Positions 28,514 through 34,378 of a DNA stretch of 34,378 nucleotides are shown here, in pieces; the first letter of the stretch is position 1, and the number at the start of each line of letters is the position of its first letter. A model generated the notes under the pieces. It had not been told where the DNA came from, did no database searches, and saw only the letters and a program-made list of their open reading frames with translations. The position numbers and the translations under genes are program-made. The stretch is from the IMG/VR virus record IMGVR_UViG_3300020388_000034, positions 1-34,378 of that record. One strand, 5' to 3'. Origin of the DNA: a virus (Duplodnaviria > Caudoviricetes).

Positions 28514-29358
28514 TAATTAACTAATCCAAGAATTGCATCAGTAACTACCACATTATCTGTGCTGGTCGCGTTACCAACATACAATTCAACGTAATCATTT
28601 TGAGCTAAGGACACATTGAAAAACGTAGAGCAGTTTGCTGTTTGCGCCGTGTCTACTTCTCTAACGATTTTAGATCCAGCCTCTACCGTGCCATTCTTGG
28701 CAATCTGTATAAACAAGTCTTGATTGTTTGCAGACGCAGGCTTAATAGTAGCGGTAACGTGGACAGCAACTACTCTAGTCGTTGTTCCGTTGTAGACAAT
28801 CTTGCCAGTAGTATCTCCGGTAAAACCTGACTGTATACCCACCGTAAACGTGCCTGCGGCTTTAACTGGCGTTCCTGCCGTTCCAATGGTCGTTGCGTTA
28901 GAGTTACCCTGAATATGCACCTGAGCATACGGCAGAGCATCTGCTGATAACGTGACGTAGTTACTTGTTGAAGTAGCGGTTATCCCATCACCACCAACAA
29001 TACTGGCTATATCAGGAGTAGCGTCAGTAGTGTTTAGGAGCAGAGGTCTACCAGTAGAATCAGCGGAAAAGTTATGCTTTAGCTCTACACCGTTTTGGGA
29101 AGATACGCTAGCCAATATCCCAGCACCGCTCTCGATATTTCTAATCTTGTTTACTGATCCATCTATGTCTAAGACTGCAATCCCAGTAGCCGCACCAGTT
29201 TGAGTGATAGATCCTGTAACACCGAGACCTCCCACAAAGTTAGCGTATGTGATCTTGTAGTTTGTGCCGTTTACGAAATAATCCATAAACGCGCCAGCGT
29301 CTACCGAAGTCTTCGCAACAAAATCTGATTTTTTCCTGCCCTGCGATCTATCAACCAT
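28513..29358 (-). CDS. Hypothetical structural protein (possible accessory fibre/decoration)
   Basis: Thr/Gly-rich 281 aa with a jelly-roll-like end (VSLAQNDYVELYV); lies between gp4 and gp10. Confidence 0.6.
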   Translation of the reverse strand: MVDRSQGRKKSDFVAKTSVDAGAFMDYFVNGTNYKITYANFVGGLGVTGSITQTGAATGIAVLDIDGSVNKIRNIESGAGILASVSSQNGVELKHNFSADSTGRPLLLNTTDATPDIASIVGGDGITATSTSNYVTLSADALPYAQVHIQGNSNATTIGTAGTPVKAAGTFTVGIQSGFTGDTTGKIVYNGTTTRVVAVHVTATIKPASANNQDLFIQIAKNGTVEAGSKIVREVDTAQTANCSTFFNVSLAQNDYVELYVGNATSTDNVVVTDAILGLVN

Positions 29359-29833
29359 TTGTATTCAGCTCCAATCCTATCGCGCCAGTAGATTCGGCCA
29401 ATATTTCTTCTTCAGACTCTGGGTAAAAATGTCCGGGAAAGCCAAACAGCGTATCTTCGTTGCCTGAGCCAATCGGCAGTGTTGCAGGATTCTTGCTCTT
29501 ACCTAATGTCTGCCCTAACAGGCGCATTGTGTTAAAACCATCCCGCGCAGCCTTCACCAGACCTTGAGAGATCACGCCGTTATAGTCAGGCGCAACCTCT
29601 ATAGCCATATTAGCAATCAAGCCTCTCAGGGCGCCTGTAGGAATCGTTACGTCATCACCTAAGTCAGATACCTCTGTGTACCCTAGCTGGATACCCTGAG
29701 CGTCTAGCTCGGTCATGTAGTTATTCATAGAAAATATGAAATCACTATACTCATCAGGCTGCAGCGGTGCCTCACTGGCCTGCACTAGAATTCTTTGTAA
29801 GGATGCCTTTGCAACCTGCGCCACAGTAGCCAT
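29351..29833 (-). CDS. Head-to-tail adaptor, P22 gp4-like
   Basis: GIQLGY, NMAIEVAPDY, LPIGSGN motifs; 160 aa. Confidence 0.88.
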   Translation of the reverse strand: MATVAQVAKASLQRILVQASEAPLQPDEYSDFIFSMNNYMTELDAQGIQLGYTEVSDLGDDVTIPTGALRGLIANMAIEVAPDYNGVISQGLVKAARDGFNTMRLLGQTLGKSKNPATLPIGSGNEDTLFGFPGHFYPESEEEILAESTGAIGLELNTNG

Positions 29834-30021
29834 TATTCGAAATTCATTCCTTTTTGCTTTATACGTTTTTGCACAGACTTGGACAATTCGCCTAAGTGAA
29901 ATAGTTGAACGCTAGATTTTGTATGCGATTTGCCAGTGTGCAACGTCCCATCTTCCATCTTGTGCATTTCACCAGAGTGTAGTTTGCCGCTCCTTGTATA
30001 ATGCGATACACCTTTAGCCAT
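29833..30021 (-). CDS. Small His/Lys-rich protein
   Basis: RBS GGAGAG; TAATG coupling to the gp4-like gene; HKM.DGTLHTGK.H motif. Confidence 0.75.
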   Translation of the reverse strand: MAKGVSHYTRSGKLHSGEMHKMEDGTLHTGKSHTKSSVQLFHLGELSKSVQKRIKQKGMNFE

Positions 30022-30037
30022 TTGTCACTCTCCGCGC

Positions 30038-30076
30038 TTAGTATGGTTTTTTCTTTTTGCCTTTTTTGTTTGGCAT
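30038..30076 (-). CDS. 12-aa polybasic micropeptide MPNKKGKKKKPY
   Basis: AGGAGG 5 nt before ATG; fills the intergenic gap. Confidence 0.6.
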   Translation of the reverse strand: MPNKKGKKKKPY

Positions 30077-30085
30077 TTTTGCCTC

Positions 30086-30262
30086 CTATTCAAATGTTGG
30101 TTTTTTCTTCTTAGCAGTACGCGCACTCTGTCGGAATGCGCCAGCAGTAGGCGCTCCAGCGCTTCCCGGCGATCTCATGCGCTCAGGTGTTCTGCCCTGA
30201 GCTTTTTGCCGCTTTATCCTTTTCCGCTTCTTGTGGATATTGGAATATAGACCGTCACTCAT
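30086..30262 (-). CDS. Small highly basic protein
   Basis: MSDGLYSNIHKKRKRI...; ATGAGTGA overlap with the upstream stop. Confidence 0.75.
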   Translation of the reverse strand: MSDGLYSNIHKKRKRIKRQKAQGRTPERMRSPGSAGAPTAGAFRQSARTAKKKKPTFE

Positions 30263-30530
30263 ACTTAGCACCCTTGCTTTTCATCGACTTAGCGCCCTTG
30301 CATTTCCAGCGCTTGCGGCTCAAGTTGTTAGGAGTATTGGGATCGTTTTGCTTTTCTTTTGGCAATCTTTTCTTGATGCCAAGAGACCGAGCACAATAGG
30401 AATCACCCTTACTTGTACCCGGCTTGACTCTCGGACCACCTCCTTTGGCTTCGCCAGCCTGCCCGTAGGAGACTCGCTTACCGCTTTTGGTGACCTTAAC
30501 TTTAGCTTTGCCTTTTCTCGGTTTAGCCAT
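30255..30530 (-). CDS. Small highly basic protein
   Basis: 91 aa Lys/Arg-rich; SYCARS and SRKRWKC motifs. Confidence 0.75.
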   Translation of the reverse strand: MAKPRKGKAKVKVTKSGKRVSYGQAGEAKGGGPRVKPGTSKGDSYCARSLGIKKRLPKEKQNDPNTPNNLSRKRWKCKGAKSMKSKGAKYE

Positions 30531-30565
30531 AAAAAAATTGGGAGCCGAATACTAAACAGCTCCCA
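30531..30565 (-). terminator. Intrinsic terminator after the coat gene
   Basis: TGGGAGCTG-N9-CGGCTCCCA-A-TTTTTTT on the minus strand. Confidence 0.75.
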
Positions 30566-30580
30566 TAACGTCTCAAGGGA

Positions 30581-31852
30581 TTATGCTACGCCGAAGCCTT
30601 GACCAGCCATAAACGGATTGAATGTTGCGTATGCAGGCAACAAGTCAAAACGAATCTTCTGGGTGTTGGCATCACCATCTGCGTACTTACTAACTCGAAT
30701 GCTCATACCGTCTTCGGTAGTAGCAATAGTGTCAGTAGAGTAGAGCTTAGGCAGTTTCACAGTACCCATTCCAAATGCTTGCTTAGTGAAGAACAAGTTT
30801 GGTTGGTACAGAGTAGCTGAAGCACTAAGAACGGTAACTACAGCACCGTTAGCAGGTGCAGCGTCTACAGTGTTGTACTGACCATTGGCCTCATAGATCG
30901 CAGGACCAGCAACAACAAGGTTGCCAGCACCACTACCGTTAAGAGTAACGTCAGCAGTTACAACGCCTGTCCACGGCACGTTAGCGCCAGCAGCGTCAAT
31001 CATAGCTGTGCGAGTGTCTAGGTTCAGACGGTTCACATCAGCGATTGTGATCATATCACCAGCCTTAACTACCATATTTGCTTGGAGAGCAGTAACGGCG
31101 ATAGTCTGAGTCATAGTGTCTTTAGCTGTGACATAAGTTGCGTCAGGAGCCGCAGACAGAGTACCCGCACGGTCAGCGCCAGTGCCAGCAGTAAAGCTGG
31201 ACAGAGCGTTAGATGTCAGCGCTCGCAGACCGCCAAAGTTCTGAGAGATTTGTGCATTCTCCCAAGCGGTACGAACCAACTGATCTGATGCGTTCAGACC
31301 TTGCTGGATGTTAGCAAGTGCGCTAGTAGTAAAAGGATTCATCAGGTAGTAGCGTTCTGCAGCAGCAGGTACGCCGATAGAATCCATCAGTGCACCAGCA
31401 CCAGCTACATCTCCCCAAGCATCAACAGCCTGACCGTGAGCACCATACTTTAAAGATGCGTTCTTGAGCATAAAGCTCGCAAGGTCAATCTCCAAATCGG
31501 TTACGATTCGTCGTGCCATTGGGTTAAGGATTTGCTCCAACTGGTCGAGTTCCAGAGCCTCTTCGACGTTTCCCCACTCAGTGGCTACGGTGAAGTAGTT
31601 CTGTACAGTACCAGTTGCTTTACCAGCAATGATGTCTGACTTTGTAGCGGATGAAATATTACCGCCAGAAGTACGGATGGAGTTGTAGTCATGTGGACGC
31701 TTGAAGTCTACATTGCTACCACTTGATGGGTTGAATTTGCCACTCAGGAGTTGAGTGTCAACGGTCTTTGTTACAACCCGGCTGGACTCGAATGCCTCTA
31801 AAAAGACACGGGCCACTTTCCGGGTAATATTGCTATTAAGATTATTAGCCAT
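30581..31852 (-). CDS. Major capsid protein, P22 gp5-like
   Basis: 423 aa; MANNL start, DFKRP, KAGD.ITIA.V insertion domain, KIRFDLL end; follows the scaffold gene. Confidence 0.92.
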   Translation of the reverse strand: MANNLNSNITRKVARVFLEAFESSRVVTKTVDTQLLSGKFNPSSGSNVDFKRPHDYNSIRTSGGNISSATKSDIIAGKATGTVQNYFTVATEWGNVEEALELDQLEQILNPMARRIVTDLEIDLASFMLKNASLKYGAHGQAVDAWGDVAGAGALMDSIGVPAAAERYYLMNPFTTSALANIQQGLNASDQLVRTAWENAQISQNFGGLRALTSNALSSFTAGTGADRAGTLSAAPDATYVTAKDTMTQTIAVTALQANMVVKAGDMITIADVNRLNLDTRTAMIDAAGANVPWTGVVTADVTLNGSGAGNLVVAGPAIYEANGQYNTVDAAPANGAVVTVLSASATLYQPNLFFTKQAFGMGTVKLPKLYSTDTIATTEDGMSIRVSKYADGDANTQKIRFDLLPAYATFNPFMAGQGFGVA

Positions 31853-31868
31853 TTTCGGATCACCTCAT

Positions 31869-32675
31869 TCATTCAAACATTGCTCCTTTCGGTCCTCGCG
31901 CTTTAGGCGCAACACCAGCTTTTGCTGGCTGATTAACCGGATCAGGAGCGGCATTTACTTTAGGTTTCAATGCAGCAGCCTTTTCTCGTACATGAGTTGC
32001 TATCCTCACCGCAGCTTGCGCCGGACTCATAGACCGGATGGTGTCTAGCTCGGTTACGTTCTGACTGAGGTACTTTGTTATAGCTGGTCCCAGATCGTCC
32101 TCTAAAATATAGTTGACTACATCATCCGAGATGCCAAACGCAGCAACGGAATTACCCGCTGCCTGTAACTCTTCATTAGTAATGCCAAGCTGGACAGCTC
32201 GCTGCGAGTAGGTAGATACCTTCTCGTTCAAAGCCTCCTGCTGTTTCATTGCCTGCTCTTGTTGCAAACGCTGTGCTTCCTGTTGTTGGAAGCGCTGCTG
32301 TGCATCAAATGCAGCCTGTCTAGCTATGGCTTCATCGCGCATTCGGAGCTGTTGCTGATACTCCTGATCACTCAGGGCATACGGGTCCGGCTCCTTCGGC
32401 ACGTTTGGCCTTTCCTGCTTTGGCATTTGCTGCTCAAGGCTTGATAAACGCTGTTTTAGCTCTTCAGCTTCTCGCTCTTTTTCCCTGAGCTTGAAAACTT
32501 TCTCAGCTATAGCTTTATCAAACGCCTCTTGCTGCCTATCGTCAAAGACAGGTTTGGTTTGTTTTTCCTGAGCCTCCTCAGTATCCGGTGATGATTCGGA
32601 GCCAGTTTCCTGACCTTCGGTTTCTACGTCTTCAAGCTCTATTTCAGCCTCATCGACAATATCTTCCTGTTCCAT
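31869..32675 (-). CDS. Scaffolding protein; start re-assigned to ATG 32675
   Basis: Acidic N-terminus, coiled coil, Pro/Lys tail; RBS GGAAGGT; directly upstream of the coat gene. Confidence 0.82.
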   Translation of the reverse strand: MEQEDIVDEAEIELEDVETEGQETGSESSPDTEEAQEKQTKPVFDDRQQEAFDKAIAEKVFKLREKEREAEELKQRLSSLEQQMPKQERPNVPKEPDPYALSDQEYQQQLRMRDEAIARQAAFDAQQRFQQQEAQRLQQEQAMKQQEALNEKVSTYSQRAVQLGITNEELQAAGNSVAAFGISDDVVNYILEDDLGPAITKYLSQNVTELDTIRSMSPAQAAVRIATHVREKAAALKPKVNAAPDPVNQPAKAGVAPKARGPKGAMFE

Positions 32676-32752
32676 CTTACCTTCCATAAATGCCGTCAAA
32701 TAAACGGTGACGTTCCGTGCCTCCAAGTAAGCGTGGAGTTCGCTGTATCCCA

Positions 32753-32761
32753 ACTATACCA
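32753..32761 (-). promoter_or_regulatory. Extended -10 promoter for scaffold/coat
   Basis: TG-G-TATAGT about 80 nt upstream of the scaffold ATG. Confidence 0.5.
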
Positions 32762-32801
32762 CATATTGTGCTTTTGCAAGCAATTATTGCAAATGCACTT
32801 G

Positions 32802-32830
32802 TTTAACACTTTCGTATACTTTGTTATACT
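32802..32830 (+). promoter_or_regulatory. Extended -10 promoter for a leaderless small gene
   Basis: TG-T-TATACT (32822-30), 6 nt before ATG 32837; weak -35 TTTAAC at 17-bp spacing. Confidence 0.55.
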
Positions 32831-32836
32831 CACTCA

Positions 32837-33004
32837 ATGGATGACTTAATTAAAAAGTATTTTGACTGCTTTGGACACCTTGATTTTGAAGGTATTTTAA
32901 CCGCAGAAGAGATATTCGAATCTGGCAGCTTTACTGAACACGAATCTATTTTAATCCACGAGATTCTAAGTTCCGATATACACCTTCCAGCCATTGTTCA
33001 TTAG
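32837..33004 (+). CDS. 55-aa acidic protein, candidate immunity/antitoxin
   Basis: Manual translation MDDLIKKYFDCFGHLDFEGILTAEEIFESGSFTEHESILIHEILSSDIHLPAIVH; below the ORF-track cutoff. Confidence 0.5.
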   Translation: MDDLIKKYFDCFGHLDFEGILTAEEIFESGSFTEHESILIHEILSSDIHLPAIVH

Positions 33005-34378
33005 CCATTTGATAATCTTGAGCCGATCCTGATGTCTGAAAAGACCTGTACGGGTCATGCCTGCCAGCTCTTGCCGCTATTGGATCAGGATACATAACAT
33101 CATAAGGAACCATTGGTTCCGTTATTGCAATTCCGCCTTGACTCGGAATAATCGTGTTGTAAGACCTATTCAGAGTTGGATCAACAACCATGTCAGATGG
33201 ATTTATATCCGTTGATACCATAGCCCTAGCACCGCTCATGCCTTTGGGCATATTCATCATTTCTTGCTCATTGACAACAGAGTAAATGTCATTTGGTATT
33301 GGGAACCCTGATTTTTGAAAAGCTGGTTTGTTTAATATTGCATCTCCCATAAAGGCTTTACGCTTGTTTCCTGCTGAAGCAGTAGGAGAATCTGTTGTCA
33401 GCCATTCCAATAGCTGCTCCGGTGATTCATAACCGGGCCAACTTTCTGGTATTCCTTTCAGGTCTTTGTTATTTGGATTTAAGTTGGCAATAGCCGAGTC
33501 CAGCATAACAGCCTGATCTCTGGTCAAATCACCTTGTTGCTTTATCATGTTGACAGCAATTTGAGACGGCGGCACAGAAAAATTAGAGCCGGGATTTGCC
33601 ATTGCTGTGTACATCAATACTGGGTCTTGCTGCGTCTCTTCTCGCACACGATTAACGTGAGCTTGCTTGCTTCTAGCAGCGCCGCCCATGCTCATCCAGT
33701 TACCATATCTGTCTAAATGCTGCGGGCCTCCTTCTACCAGCACTGGATCAATGTCGATTCCAGCTATTCTATCAACTTCTCCGTAAATTGTTTTGTCAGC
33801 AGGCAAAATCACCAGAGGCTTTCCTAGCAAGTCTTCGTAAGTCGCAGATTGCATAAACAAATTGTCAGGCTGAGTATATCTACCGCCCAGCAGTCGAGCC
33901 TGTTCCCGCATTGCAAAGTCTGGATCAGTTTCGTATCTGTTTACTAGACCGCGATACGATCCTTTTGCAATATTTTCTGGTCTTGACTGTAAGTCAGTCG
34001 CAGCCATTAGCGGGTTAGTGCTGTAACCTTTTTCGTTCCTAAAATCTCTGGGCGGTGTTTCAACAATCCTGCCAGCCTCAGCGGTCTGTACTACCGGCCC
34101 GTAATCGCTTCTTGTCGGGACATCGATGTAACTTCTTAGGCTGGTTTCACTTGCCTTTATACCTTTTGCAGCAGCGTCTCCTAAAATTGGCAACATTCCA
34201 GCAGCCAAAGCCGTGGTGTCTACAGCAGCACCTATCAGATCACCAGAGCCAATAGACTGCCTCAGATCACCTGCACCCATTGCATCGCCAAGAGCAGGCG
34301 CAAAGTCCATCGCTCCTACCGCAGTATCTACTAGCTGGCCTGTGCGATAACCTTCTCTGCCTGCAATATTGCTACCGC
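32946..34378 (-). CDS. C-terminal part of the post-portal protein: PT-TG-like region plus about 390 aa of unknown function
   Basis: DFAPALGDA...GDLIGAA...GMLPILGDAAAKGIK; joins 354..8 through the terminal repeat (567 aa in total). Confidence 0.8.
   Translation of the reverse strand, partial: GSNIAGREGYRTGQLVDTAVGAMDFAPALGDAMGAGDLRQSIGSGDLIGAAVDTTALAAGMLPILGDAAAKGIKASETSLRSYIDVPTRSDYGPVVQTAEAGRIVETPPRDFRNEKGYSTNPLMAATDLQSRPENIAKGSYRGLVNRYETDPDFAMREQARLLGGRYTQPDNLFMQSATYEDLLGKPLVILPADKTIYGEVDRIAGIDIDPVLVEGGPQHLDRYGNWMSMGGAARSKQAHVNRVREETQQDPVLMYTAMANPGSNFSVPPSQIAVNMIKQQGDLTRDQAVMLDSAIANLNPNNKDLKGIPESWPGYESPEQLLEWLTTDSPTASAGNKRKAFMGDAILNKPAFQKSGFPIPNDIYSVVNEQEMMNMPKGMSGARAMVSTDINPSDMVVDPTLNRSYNTIIPSQGGIAITEPMVPYDVMYPDPIAARAGRHDPYRSFQTSGSAQDYQMANEQWLEGVYRNLESRGLK
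34303..34378. repeat. 76-bp terminal direct repeat, right copy
   Basis: Identical to 8-83. Confidence 0.97.

Larger units (their letters stand above)
1..34378. mobile_element. Near-complete circularly permuted P22-like podovirus genome
   Basis: Complete morphogenesis gene order (terS-terL-portal-scaffold-coat-gp4-gp10-ejection proteins-fibre), lysis and recombination modules, and a 76-bp overlap between the window ends with an ORF reading through it. Confidence 0.93.

Noticed and set aside
34303-34378. Terminal repeat as a physical genome end or att site
   Set aside because: It lies within a CDS, its length is consistent with an assembler k-mer overlap, there is no integrase, and P22-like phages are usually headful-packaged.

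Overview
This window looks like an essentially complete (~34.3 kb), circularly permuted P22/Sf6-like podophage genome, probably from an aquatic proteobacterial host (inference). The minus strand carries terS, terL, portal, a 567-aa PT-TG-like protein split across the window ends, scaffold, coat, small basic proteins, gp4/gp10-like tail adaptors, ejection proteins, a 1129-aa tail fibre, a three-gene exported-protein module and a lysis cassette that also contains a lipase and a thermonuclease. A short plus-strand operon (8363-11587) encodes ERF, lambda-exonuclease, an SSB-like protein, NinG and NinB. No integrase, repressor, DNA polymerase or obvious replication initiator was seen. The most unusual elements are: (1) a candidate polymorphic effector/immunity pair directly after the portal gene, with two sequence versions diverging at the PT-TG-like DFxP motif and a convergent leaderless 55-aa acidic gene; (2) two strongly base-paired non-coding elements (about 7850-8115 and 5260-5385); (3) duplicated promoter-leader-RBS expression cassettes; (4) a secreted Asn/Thr-rich, Cys-rich and coiled-coil module. 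All family calls are by motif recognition only; no searches were run.
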